NCBI GenBank assembly: GCA_036172245.1
Contig: JAYWIR010000003.1
Coordinates: 3,410,001-3,474,000, forward strand
Source of the DNA: Raillietiella orientalis
Taxonomy: Eukaryota
Reading direction: 5' to 3'
DNA: 64,000 bases
Shown one piece after another: positions 12,901 through 24,428 of the stretch. The notes beneath the pieces are model-generated. The model was not told where the DNA came from, did not search any database, and saw only the letters and a program-made list of their open reading frames with translations. How positions within the stretch are numbered: the first letter of the stretch is position 1; every line of letters starts with the position of its first letter. A program made the position numbers and the translations under genes.

Positions 12901-15014
12901 GCAGAAGAGGGGCGGACGATACCATGTTGTTGGAGTAGAAGTAGAGGATCTCGTGCAGCTCCAGCTGCACGTACACGTTCAGGGGGTCTCCGGCGACCTC
13001 ACCTGAAAAGAACCGCACAAACCTTGGTCGTCTGTGCCTCACGGAAGGGGAACTCTGCTTCGAGCTCTCGATTCCAGCAGTCAGCAGCCCGCAGGCCTCT
13101 CCATCTCGCTCCGTCTCTGTTTTTCTCCTCCTTTCCATTCGTTCCTCGCCCCACCCTTCCCTGTATCACCGTCTCTCTCTGCACTTTGCTCGCCCCGTTC
13201 GCGTCTCGCTACGTTCCTGATCTGGCACCCTCCCCTTCCATCTCCTTCCCTCTCTGTGTCTGCCAGCCTCGTTTTTCCTCCTGCGTGCCGACCACCGAAG
13301 CCTGGAGGCGGAGTCACCTCTTCGCGGTCTCCGCTCAGTCGGCGGCTCAAAGAGGGCGGTGAGCAGGGGGAGGAGGTGCGATGCGCGCGTTTGCGCGTCA
13401 TGGGCCAGGGGCACGGGAAGTTCCTTCCGCGGCGACGGACTCGATGCGCGCAGGCGGCAAGATGGCGCGACCCCCCAGACGGCGCGATGGGAGGGGCACC
13501 AATCCAGAGAAGGAGTCGAGCCCCGTCTAGGAACCAGCCTCGTCCAGGAGATGGCGCTCAGGATTTCACTCTCCCGTCCTGGACTCGGTAATGCGTCGCC
13601 ACGGAGGGAGCGCAAGCACAGGCAACCTCTGCCCTCGCTGGCTCCCGGGAGGACTTCCTGTGTCCTCTTATAAGCGCGAGGGGGGATTGCGGTTCTTCCC
13701 GTATCTGTCCCCTTTTTCCACCCTGTCTCGGCGCCTATGTCTGATTCCGCCCTTTCTTCCGCCCCCGAGGCAGCGACCCAGGGTGTGCCCTGGGGTATCG
13801 TTTCGTGCGATGATCGTAGTGACCATTGTGGCCGTGCTTGCCGGCTCCTCTGTCCTCTGCCCTTGCCCGTTTCCATCCTCCGTCCCGTCGCGGCTTTCCC
13901 TTCAGAACGAACGGAACTGTCCGTGGCCGCTCGATACTTCGCTTTCATTCCGTAGTCCGGGATGCTGGGGCGGAGTGGTTCAGACGGCTTTGGGGTCACG
14001 GGGAAAGGTGTCAACGGCGAAGGAGGGTGGACCATCCAAAAATTCCGTGGGGCTTCTTCCAAGCCGTCCTGGAGGGGACTCTACTAAACCTCCGTGCAGG
14101 GGCAGCCGCTGCAGTCCCTTGTCCTGTGACCCCTGTGATTCCTCCCTCCCTCCTGCACGCAGCCGATGCTGCCCAGGTCGCGACCTCCTTCCATCCACCT
14201 GACCACTCTCCGGATCTCTCTAGGGTCCCCCCTAGCGCCCACTACCTGCCGGGATTTCGGAGTAGTCATAGTCGGCGGGCAGGATGTCGTCCAAGTATGA
14301 CCGTTGCTCCTGGGTCGTCGGCAGCAGCAGCAGCAGCCTGCAGCGGAGACGACCTTTCAGGTTGAGGGCACGTCGGGAGTAGGGGTTCGGGGCGAGAGGG
14401 ATGAGAAGGGAGGCGGTGCGCGGTGACCTTTGCGCTCGAGGCGCCCTACCAGCGGGCAGGACGGCGTGGAGTAGGTAGCGCCGAGACGAGGACGCATGCC
14501 TGCGGGTTCCCTCCCGTTGCCGGAAAGCGATCTCCCGGCAACGGGAGGGACTCTGGGGGACGCTGTCCCTCCCGCAGTGATCGAAGCGGTCGGGGGACGG
14601 GAGGGGAAGGGTGAGCGCGCCGTTCACGTGGATGGCGGGTGCCACCCTCTCGGGCCGAGGACGACGGCGATGCTACTGCAGCGACAAGTTGCAGTGCGAC
14701 GGCCGCTCATCCCAGCGAGCGCCGTTGGAAGGCACACCTGCTGCGGGTGTGGGTGGAAGAGGAAGAGGAGACAGCTGTCCAGAGGTCCTCTGAAAGTGCC
14801 TCCGGATAGGTTCAGTGGTGAGGAGGGCACTAGAGGATGCCACCTTGTCGACCGCGACCGCCGCGACTCCCTAGAGCTGGTCGAAGAGGATGGTTCGCGC
14901 GAGTGAAGCCTGTGCAGGGGTCAGAAGCGGAGGGAGAAGGCACGACCGCTGGCTCCCCTCCCACCCTAGTACTCACGAGCACAGGCAGAGATGGGCAGCC
15001 GTCGCCACCGGCAT
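6929..15014 (-). CDS. Cys-loop ligand-gated ion channel subunit, anion-channel (GABA/glycine-receptor-like) superfamily, divergent; about 424 aa
   Basis: Phase-consistent GT-AG exons: 15014-14977, 14337-14246, 13002-12923, 12861-12777, 11804-11672, 10055-9973, 9916-9733, 8726-8522, 8030-7701, and a tentative last exon 6973-6929 (otherwise the frame reads through to a stop at 7272). Encoded features: signal peptide MPVATAAHLCLCSLLLLLP; WTDGRF; loop A IWVPAVYFLNE; Cys-loop CEVDLHNYPMDIQIC (C-x13-C); M1 YLFDAFVPSVLLVIASWVPFWLD; M2 GARLTLSLTALITNFTF; M3 KSMDTWNTAVTGFIMMAFLESPVVY; M4 IDATCRLMFPVLFLIFNALYW. Confidence 0.92.
8310..8447 (+). repeat. GA-rich polypurine low-complexity tract (intronic in the channel gene)
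   Basis: Almost pure A/G run with GAG/GAA iterations. Confidence 0.85.
11400..11535 (+). repeat. GA-rich polypurine tract
   Basis: Nearly pyrimidine-free GAAG/GAGG iterations. Confidence 0.85.
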
Positions 15015-16546
15015 CGCCGAGCCCTCGGTCGGTTCTTCCGAACCCCCACCCGCTTCCTCTCTCCGAGAAGGACTCGCGCCCTCTCCGCCCTGGAGCCCGG
15101 AAGGGGCGACTGATGAAGGGGAGGGGGAGGGGGAGACAGCCGCTCGCTCCGCGGCGTGGGAGGGTCTATGAAGCCAGGAACTCCCCCTCAACAACCGAAA
15201 GGACAGCTCCGGGATCTGCTCTCCCCTTCGTCTTCCCCAGGTGGGTCCCGCCCCGTCCCCGTGAATCGGCGGCAGGAAAACAGACCGGCCAAGCGGAGAA
15301 TCTCCAGGGTTCCCACCGACGACGACGCGTGCACTTCCTCCCCGCCCCTTCCATTAGCGGGGGCGATTCGACACTTTAGGGCTCCCAGGGAAACGAGGCG
15401 GTGGGGAGAGGAAGGGAAGAGAGGACCGGCGAGGGAGGTCGGGAAAACTTCTCGGGATCATCTGCCTCGGCGAAGAGCGCACCCGCGGCACCTCTTCGCC
15501 GAGGGTGTAGCAGAGCAAAAGCCGCATAGACGCCTTCCGCGAGAGGGCGAACCGGCGTCCTCTAAAGAGGGGTGCGTGGGTGGATTCACGGCTCTGAGCC
15601 TCCTTCCCCAACCTCTCCAGGGCCTCCTTCCCAGGAAGCGACGTCCACGCCACGTTCCAAACTACCCGGCGCACCACCAACATGCCCGGAACGTCCTCTG
15701 AAAGCCTCCGGAAAAAAGCGCCCCGTCGCCCCCCTTGCGATTCCGGGAAGCGGCGCCAGTGACTCCGGGAGGCCCCGCACGAGAGCCCGTAGTCATGGGA
15801 ACCCCCCTGGGGTGCAGCCCCGATCGAGGTTCATTGTCAAAGGAGCTCCGAGGGAACGGGTGCCGACCTCACACCCTAGGGAGGGATCGCCGCTCATCTG
15901 CCCCGCAAGGATGTGGTGCCGGCGATTCGCGGGAGGACCCCACCCGGAGCCCGCCTTCAAGTGCCCATTTTCCGCGCGGATTCCGGAAGGGCACCGCATT
16001 CTCCCTTCTCGCGAGCAGCTCCCACAAGCCACAGGAAAGGAGAGAGAAGGGGGGGGGAGAAGAGACTCCCTGAGACAGCAAAGAGCGCCCTCCCTGGTTG
16101 TCCAGGAACGCCCCTTCTCTCCTTTCCTTCCTTTCGTAGTGACTCTTACGCAGAGAGGGGGATGGGGGAGGAGGGTCGGGAGAGAGAAAGAGTGAAGGAA
16201 CCCATCCGAAGAGATCCTCCCCCCCCCCTTCCATGTGTCCTTCTCTGGTTTCCTGCGAGGTGCGTCCCTCGCAAAATGGGCCGTTCCGGAGATCCTTTGG
16301 GCTGCTGCGGACGGACCCAAGGAATGACCGCGCGCGTCCTGCAAGGGAAGGTAGTGACTCCTTCTTGGAAGAGCTCAGAGGTGGCGGCGGTGTTCGACGT
16401 CCTCTGTTGTGTGTGGAAGCCCAAGTTACCCAACCAGAGAAAAAAAAGGGAGAATCATGTGAGAGGGGGAGAGCGTGAGGAGGAAGCAGTCAAGGGGGAG
16501 CGGAAGGGAACAGAAGGAGGGAAATAGGAAAGTAACAGATGATCCA

Positions 16547-16815
16547 GGGGATGATGATGATGGAGATGAAGAGAAGGAAGGAAGGAAGGAAGAAGGAGGA
16601 GGAGGAAGAAGATGAAGGAAGGAAGGGAGGAAGAAGAGAAGGAGGAGGAGGAAGGAGGTGGAAGGGGAAGAGAAAAAGGGAGGAAGGAAGGGGAAGAGAG
16701 GAAGAAGAGGGAAAAGAGGAGGAAGGGAGGAAGAGGAAGAGGAGGAAGGAAGAAGAGGAGAAGGAAGAAGTGGGAGAAAGGAATGGGGGGGAGGAGGAAA
16801 AGGAAAAGGAGAAGC
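16547..16815 (+). repeat. Long GA-rich polypurine tract (about 270 bp)
   Basis: GAAG/GGA iterations that generate spurious E/R/K/G-rich and S/P/L/F-rich ORFs. Confidence 0.9.
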
Positions 16816-19800
16816 AAGCAAACACGAGGGCAGCAGCAAGAATCGACTCTCCTTCACGAAGTTGCGCGCGCTGCAGGCGAAAACGCCGCGAGCGGTTGGT
16901 CGATGGAGATGCGGCAAGTGACTGAAGTCGTCACCTTCGTCACCACCATCTTCATCGTCGTCTTCGCCACAATCTCCGCCAGCACCACCTCCATTGGGAT
17001 CGTCTGGGAGCGCAGTCACCGTCACGACAGTCCCTTCTCCTGTTGCCGCTGGCCGCCGCCACGGTTCCGTTCCAGCACGAGGCGCCTCGGTCTGTTGGAA
17101 CCACCGTGCCAGACGTGCGATCACGCTCCTGCCGCCAAGGGCCATGCAGGGCATTCAGAAGCCTCCTGGAGGCGCTCCGTTGCGAACGGAGCGGGCCACT
17201 GGTGGTCCGGGGGCCGGTTCGCACGGTGTGCGGAGTGCCAGATTTTCTTTCCTATCGGCGCAGTGCGGGGATGGCGATCCCGGGAAGCGGAGGCAGCGGC
17301 GACCCCGAGGATTGGCCGAGCATCACCGCAAGGGACCAGAGGCCGTGGAGAGGAGGTGCTGGGGAGTCCTTCGTGGTGGACGGGACGGCAAGGGGGGGGG
17401 GAAATGCCTATGACCCAAGCGTGTGGCCCTCCATCTCTCTCTCTCGGAGGCGCCCGCGCCGGCGGGAGAGCAGTATACGGATCCTCGCTGCAGTCCGGGT
17501 TTCTCTCGTCCAGCGCCTGCTTGGAGCCGGCTGGGGTGGGGTGGGGTGGCACCGCGCTCTCACTTGCGACGGCAGGCAAATGCGGAGGGAGCCAAGTGCG
17601 CGCGCGATCGAAGGCAGAGGAGTCAGGGCGGCTACGATACCCAGGGAGGGTTGGCGGGCGATGCGTCCGCTGCCTCCGGGAGCTCACTCGGGGCCAGGAT
17701 GAGGAGCCTCCGGGGGAAAAGAAAGTGCTCCGCCGTAGCATGAAGCGGAAGAAGGTAACGTCCGCCGGCACGGAATGCTGGAACCGCGGCGGCTTCTTGG
17801 CGGCGGCGGCGGCGCGCCCTCCCCCCCCTCCCTCATTAGGCGCTGCGAAGGCCGCTACTCAGCTGATCTAATGATCCATGAAACGTGTCGTTTTTTTTTT
17901 CTTTCGCCTCTGCTTCCCTGTTGCAGAACGCGCCTCGCATCCCGCGTCCGCCACTCACGGCGATTTCACGCGACGCGTCCGCTGTTGCCCGCAATCCGCT
18001 GCGCTGGCGCGGAGGGAAACGCTACCGCCAGCATCCGCGGGGTGCCGAGAGGAGGAAGGAAGGAAGGGAAGAGAGAAGAGGAGGAGGAGGAGGAACGGTG
18101 AAGGTAAAGACCTTCCCTTTCCTCTCTTCCTCAGTAAGGGAGCGGTGCCTCCGCTGTTCCTGATTCGCCAAAGGGCTCCTATGATCACCAGAGAGTGATG
18201 GATCCCGAATGTTCCCTCGGCAGGAATTTCCCTTCCCACCCCTTCCTTCTCTCCCGCCCGGACTGTCAACGCAGGAAAGTCGGACACACCTAGCAGCAGC
18301 AGCAGCAGCGGTCAGGTAGGCTGAGACCTAGAGAGAAGGCGAAAACGGAACGTAGGGGGCTGATGCTCCGATCAGTTCCCCCAGCCCCACCCACCTCCCG
18401 TCCACTCCCTTCGGACGAAGTCGGGAGCAGAGGGAGGAAGGGATCTGCGAGCGCCGCCTGCCGCCATCACACCAGCACGAAAATAAATAAATCATGTGGA
18501 AAAAAGGAAACACCCGCTGTTAAGACGACGAGATTTCCCAAGGTTCCCCGGCAAAAGCGCGGGAAGGATGACGGGAACTGTTTGCAAACCCCTTACGGAA
18601 GAAGCAAAGAGGCAAAAAAAAAAGGAAGATGGAAAAAGAAGCGGGGCAGGAGGGAGGTGCCACTTCCGCATCCGCGCTCCCGCTTTTCGGCTCGCAGGAC
18701 TCCTCGCTGCTTCTTCGCCCGCCCCCCTCTTTGCCGGGCTCAGGGGGAGCGCGCGGACAACAAAGCAGATGGATACCGGGAATCCAGGAAAGAAAAATCG
18801 CATCCCTCTTCCCGACCCCGTCGCGCTGGTCTTCCAGAAGCTCCTCATCTTGCTCCCGTCTTTCTCCCAATCTTCACCGAGTAATTCGGGCGCAGCACTG
18901 CCAGGAGCTGCTCCAGTTGTACATGTCGCGGTTAATTATTCACTGCCTCTTCCTTGTTTGCTAATGCTTCGGCGGAATGCATTTCCTTAAGATGGGAGCC
19001 TCCGTTTTGCAAAAGTCCCCCCCTGTCCCTTCCTCCTCCTCCTGGGAAGCGGGAAAAAACCCTATCGGGCGGCGAGCGCGATCTCCAGGGCGAGGCCGGC
19101 ACGTCGTGGCGGCATGTCGGTGGCAGTGGTGGAGGCTGATCCTCCATCTCCTCCAGGTTTCACATGCCCATCCTTCTTCAGCAGCTCGGAGGCGCGCGGA
19201 AGATGCAGCCAGAGGCGCCGACGATGGCGAGCGCCGAAAGGGGCGCAAGGATTGCGGGAACGAATGCATCCTCGTTAAAGCGGGGTCGCACGAGTGGTCA
19301 GTCGGCGCAGGTGAGTACGCAACGCTCCATATGATCTCTACGAGCACACACATCACCATGTTCACCGGTTGATGCTTGTAAGAAAAGAAAAAAAAAAAAA
19401 AATGTACACCACTTGGAGTCTCCTAAAAAACACGGGGAACAAAAGCAAACGTTCCATGGATTCATTCTATCCCGAAATCCAGGCTAACACCATCGAACCA
19501 CCTGACACTAGAAACCGACGCACTCGAAAGACGAACCCGATAAGTTCGGAAAAGAAAAGCCCCGATGCTGTGGGCACCAGGGGAGAGAGAAAGGGAATCT
19601 TCAGCGAATGAAACAGCTGACGCCTCGCCCAACCCTCTGGAACGCTCTGCGAAGCGGGCGGCGGCAGTAGCAGCAGGCGAAGAGTGACCTCTTCGTTTGC
19701 TGCAGCGCCCCGCGAGCTGACTCGACCCTCCTCTGGCAGCCCGGAACGGCGGTGGCCCATTCCTTGCGGCGCGACTGGTCGCTTGGATTTTCTTTCGTTT

Positions 19801-21834
19801 TCCGGCTAGTGGTAACGTGAGGAACGGCTAAACGCAACTCCCCTCGGCCGCCCTCGGAGTTCTGCACCCTTCCGGATGTCTGCTCAGCACGTGGATCGCA
19901 GCAGCTCGTCTTCGAGAGCTCACTGTCGGTAAATGCGTGGTCGGTTCGCTCGAGTGATGGCAAGATGGAAGCAGCCATCTGCGACTGCTTACCAGCTCCT
20001 CGTCAAACGCATTCTGGAACTGACAGCAGAAGGAAGTGCGTTTTTGTGCATAACCGTGATTCTTCAAGAAGAGGGCGAAAAAAAATATTGGAAAAAAAAA
20101 ACAAAAAACAAAAATGGCCGCTCTTTCCAAAAGGATAATAACTCGCAGGCAAGGGGCTCATTCGGGTTTGTTAAGTGGCAGCACCAAGGGGCAGCTGCGG
20201 CTTGACTGTTTGTTCTCAGTCATCACCAGAACGAGAGAGATGCACACTTGGTCGCGGAGAAAGCTGCAGGGAGCGCGCACGGCCCAACAGGAGGCACATC
20301 TGCACTCTCCATAACCCAACGGGTGGATCACATCCGAGGGCATCACAATGGGTGTGCGAGTGGTGAGAGAAAATCCGCCCGGGGTGTTTCAGAGGAAGAA
20401 CAAACTTCCGCGTTCCGCCAATACCCGAAATTCGCACCTTCGTGCTGCTGCTTTTTGTTCAGATTTCGACCCCAGAAAGCATCGTCCTGGGGTGCTGCTG
20501 TTTCGACCCATTCTGCTTGCTGTTCAAGTCGTCTGCGAACGACCCCCATTCCAACACAGTGCTGCCAAGACTCCACCCAAGCTGTCCGAGACGGCAGATC
20601 GGAACCTCAGGAACGCTGCCGAGGACTTTTTGCAAAACCACTGGCTCTTTCAAGAAAGAAGCAGGACAGACGTCGGCATTCCGTTATCGAGCAACAACAT
20701 GGAGTCGGGTTTTTTTTTTCCAGCAAAGTACCACAATAACGAGGATGGAAGTGCTCTGCGAAAAAAGTTTCCCTCATCCGTGATTATCTCACGCTCTGGA
20801 GTCTATCTCCCGACATTACGCGAGAGCACCGGACCCCCGGCCGGGAATCGCCAGGCAAAATCAGAAGGGGATTCAAGGGATGGGATGACGGGCTAGCAAA
20901 CCTTCGAATGAAGACGCTGTGCTTTGTTCCGCTACCTCCTTTACATTATACGTTCCAGTGGCACCGATGGAGGCACGGAAACGAGAGAGAGGGGGAGAGA
21001 GAGAGAGGAGAAGAAGAAAGCTGGTTACCACAGATGGTGGAGCGGTCGCCGTGCTGCGCTTCCTGGGACAAACAAATTTAAATAATATCCATCTGGACAG
21101 ACTGGAACCAGGAGTTCCCGGAAACCGATTGCTGCTGGAACGTCCGGCAGCAGCGGATCCACGGGAGCGGAGCTCACTGATTGCTTCGAAGCGGATCGAG
21201 GCAACAGGCGATCCCTTCCGGGTGCCAGAGATGGGATCCCTTCGAAAAGTGCCCGCTCTGAAATACAAATTGGAGCAGACGGTCGCTGCGGGTGGTTCCA
21301 ATTGCATCCCAGTAAGTAACTTTCCGGAAGGCGAGCCGACAACGCAATTTCAAACTACCACTCTTCCGCGATGCACTTCTTTCCGCGATGAAGATTACAG
21401 CTGCTGCAAAACCTCACTGTTGTGTCCCATGTCGGCCAGCGTCGGACCCAAGCAAGTGGAGGAAGCGGAAACTTTGTGCCAAAAATATAAACAACCAAGC
21501 AAACAAACTCGGAATGTGCATCCCGGGGGCTGTCGCGAAACCCTTGGCTGCGGCAACGAACACAATCATCATTTGCCCGCACTCGCACAAGAGCTTGCTC
21601 CTTTCTCTTCTTCCTTTTGTTTTAATTCAAGGGGGTTACGGGAGCATCTGCCAGCCAACGAGGAAGCAGCGAAACAACAGCAACAAAAAAAAAAAAAAAA
21701 AAAGGACACGAAAAATATTTACATCCGCCCCGGAATGGCACTCGATGGCGGTCTTGCACGGTAGACACGATGTTTTATTCATCGCCATCGTCGACGTCGG
21801 AGCACCGGGGCAGGAAATTAAATGGTCCGTTTTC

Positions 21835-21985
21835 CAACATGGCGGCGGGAGAGGGGAACGGAGACGGGGGGGGGGGGCGGCAGACGCCCTCGTTGCAGGA
21901 GGTCCCCTCGAATGCGCACCGCATCCCAGTCTCAATAGGTGAGCTCCGAGCCGAGTGCCGGTGGCGCGTCGAGCCGGAAACGGAA
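21835..21985 (+). promoter_or_regulatory. Putative housekeeping promoter or first-exon region upstream of MTCH
   Basis: YY1-type motif CAACATGGCGGC at 21835-21846, a donor-like AG|GTGAGC at 21939, ETS-like CCGGAA/CGGAAA motifs near 21974-21986, and CpG-rich context. Confidence 0.4.
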
Positions 21986-22284
21986 ATCGAAACAATCGGA
22001 TCGAACAATGGCGCCGAGGTTCGCGCGCCGCCATCGCGCTGCGAGGCCGCCGTCGGCGTTCCATTCGTTTCCAATGACGCTGCTCGTTCTCCGCTGGCGA
22101 GAGGGGAAGAACAAGAACGAAAACAAAAAAGGCAAGGCAGAGCGAAGACTGACGAAACGGACCGAAAGCCGAGCAAAAGTGACCGGGTGCAGGTGCCTCC
22201 CCCCCCCTTCCTCCTTCCACCCCCTCCCTCTGCGCGCGAAGCGGATGCCGCCGGCGGCATGAGCTACCGTCCGCCGTGGGAGCC

Positions 22285-23214
22285 ATGAACGCTTCTAACG
22301 TGGACCTGCTTCTCGGCGCCGCGTTCAACGCGGCGGTCTACCCGTTCGAATACGTGCAGAGGCTCATCCAGATGGGGGCGGAGCCGGAGCTGCCGAGGTG
22401 GCGCGTCTCCTGGTCGGGCAAGCCGTACCTGGCGCTGCCCAGCACCCTCGAGTACCTGCAGTTCATCGTCGCGTACGACGGGCTGCTCGGCTGCTACCGC
22501 GGGTGCGTGCCGTGGTTCGCCTGGCACTACCTGCACAAGATCACGTACGAGCGAATGATCCTCTGGGGAGCGTCTCGCCGGAAAGCGGAAGCCGAGGCGG
22601 ACGAAGGAGGCGGAAGCGAAAGGAGGGACGCGTTCATCCGGGATATGCTGTGGGACCTGTGCAGCACGTGGACGGCGACGGCGGCCGCGTACCCGCTGCG
22701 GCTGGTGACGCTCCGCTGCATGGCCCAGTTCGTGGGCAGGGAGACGACCTACTCCTCCCTGACCTCCTCCATCTCCGACGTGGCCCGGAAGCACCCCTTC
22801 TGGGGGTTCTACGCGGGGTTGGTGCCCTGCCTGCTGGGGGACGCCCTCACCGTCCTCCTGTCCCACACGCTCAAGTTCATGCTGGACACGCTCGCCGGAA
22901 GCAAGCCCGGCAAGAAGGAGAAGCTGTCGGCGCTGCTGGCCAACGCGCTGCTGCGCTCCTACGTCTGTTACCCGTTCGAGGTCGTCGCGACCAACATGGC
23001 GGTCGTCGACTCCGGGCTGGCCATCGGCAGGCCGCCTTACATGCCGCTGTACCCCCACTGGACGGGCTGCTTCGAGCACCTGCGGCAGACGAACCAGCTC
23101 AGGAGGGGAGCATCCTTCTTCCCTCGGGCACACACGTGGCCGAACAGGCGCCTCGAAGAGGTCGCGAGCGGCTCCAGCCAGTACCACGCGCTCCACCTCT
23201 TGCGATCGCTATAA
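22285..23214 (+). CDS. MTCH2: Mitochondrial carrier homolog (MTCH1/MTCH2 family, SLC25-like), about 309 aa, no intron in the carrier ORF
   Basis: YPFEYVQRLIQMGAEP...GKPYLALPSTLEYLQFIVAYDGLLGCYRG, YPLRLVTLRCMAQFVGRETTYS, GFYAGLVPCLLGD and YPFEVVATNMAVVDSGLAIGRPPYMP match recalled MTCH repeats. ATG sits in GCCATG context. AATAAA lies at 23239-23244. Paralog assignment (MTCH1 vs MTCH2 vs invertebrate Mtch) cannot be resolved here. Confidence 0.9.
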   Translation: MNASNVDLLLGAAFNAAVYPFEYVQRLIQMGAEPELPRWRVSWSGKPYLALPSTLEYLQFIVAYDGLLGCYRGCVPWFAWHYLHKITYERMILWGASRRKAEAEADEGGGSERRDAFIRDMLWDLCSTWTATAAAYPLRLVTLRCMAQFVGRETTYSSLTSSISDVARKHPFWGFYAGLVPCLLGDALTVLLSHTLKFMLDTLAGSKPGKKEKLSALLANALLRSYVCYPFEVVATNMAVVDSGLAIGRPPYMPLYPHWTGCFEHLRQTNQLRRGASFFPRAHTWPNRRLEEVASGSSQYHALHLLRSL

Positions 23215-24322
23215 GGGTCGTCGGGAGTTGCAGTCTCCAATAAACGGACGGACGCGCGGAAGGCGAGCAGAGGGCGAGGAAAGGGGAGGGGAGAGGGACG
23301 GGGCTGCGAACCCTGGTGGCTGCGGACGCGCATCCGCCGCCCGGAGGCGATCGCTGCGTTCCGTTTGCACCGTGCCTGCTCTTGAGCGAGCGGCTGGCGC
23401 ATCCTGGAGCTTCAGGACGGAAGGGGAGGTGAGAAAAGAGGGAGAGGGAGGGAAGGGCTGGAAGAATCATCATCATCACCACCACATCATCGGAAAGCTC
23501 ACTCAGGAAATGTCCAGGAGACTCATCCATGGCGACTGACAGGCATCCGCCGTCCCCTTTAGCCCCGCTTCCCCTCTTCCGCGTCTCCGGCCTTATGGAG
23601 CCGGTGGGACGGCAGGACTTCCTGCCGCCACCGCCGCCGCCGGTTTCACTGCCGGCAGACGGCGATGCGTGCCCCTCTCGATGGGGTTCTCCCCTCGGGA
23701 TGTTCACCCTCCCTCAGAAGGGAGCTCGTCTCCCGTCTTACGTGCCTCGGCATGGCCTACTGGATACGGTTGTTCCGAGTTCCCCATCCCAGGCGGCAGT
23801 GAGTTCGCGTCCGAGGGGGAATGGTAACCGGCCTGCCGGGCTGGTCCCGGAAGGAAGGGGAGGCCGAGGGAAAAGAAGATGGAAGAGGGGGAGGGGGCTA
23901 GGCGAGAGTGGGAAAGGAGGGGACGCGGTCAAGGAATGAGGGAAAAGGGGAAGCACAACGGAGAGAGGAGGACGAAGGGCTTTCCCGAATTCCTAGGGGG
24001 AAGAGGCTTTCACAGGAGGAACCTGTGGAAGCGGGCGTGACCTCTTCCTCTCTTGAGGGTCTTTCAGCATCCCCCGTTCAGGATGACTCCACTGGAGCAC
24101 CTGGAAGGTGCCCGGTGAGCAGGATGGCTCATCCCGGCCTCCCGTCACTTTCCCGGCACCTGCTGTCGGCGATCAGAAGAATCCTGGCACAGGGATAGAG
24201 CGCCAGCGGGAAAAGCCGCGCGTGGGGAAGGCGTGAAGGCTGGGGGAGGCAAGTGGGGCCGAGCCGGCTCGAAGGGGCTTCGCAGCAGCACGCGCGCGAC
24301 CTTCCTTCGGCTACTCCTGGGC

Positions 24323-24428
24323 CACCATGGGCGCTACGGATACAAGGGCGCCCGGGACCACCATGGCTACTTGCAGGACGGGCACAACTACGGCGACCTG
24401 GACCACGGAAACTACGGGAAGGTCCACC
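24323..24428 (+). pseudogene. Partial decayed duplicate of exon 3 of His/Gly-rich gene A
   Basis: Aligns by eye to about 26154-26287 (HHGRYGYKGARDHHGYLQDGHNYGDLDHGNYGK vs HHGHYGHKGARGHHGYSQDGHNYG[HQGGHHDYG]DQDHDNYGK). It has a 27-nt deletion and no evident signal exon or splice sites. Confidence 0.75.

Noticed and set aside
16426..17871. Long E/R/K/G-rich and S/P/L/F-rich ORFs (up to 419 aa)
   Set aside because: They arise from stop-poor purine tracts and GC-rich DNA and show no domain motifs.
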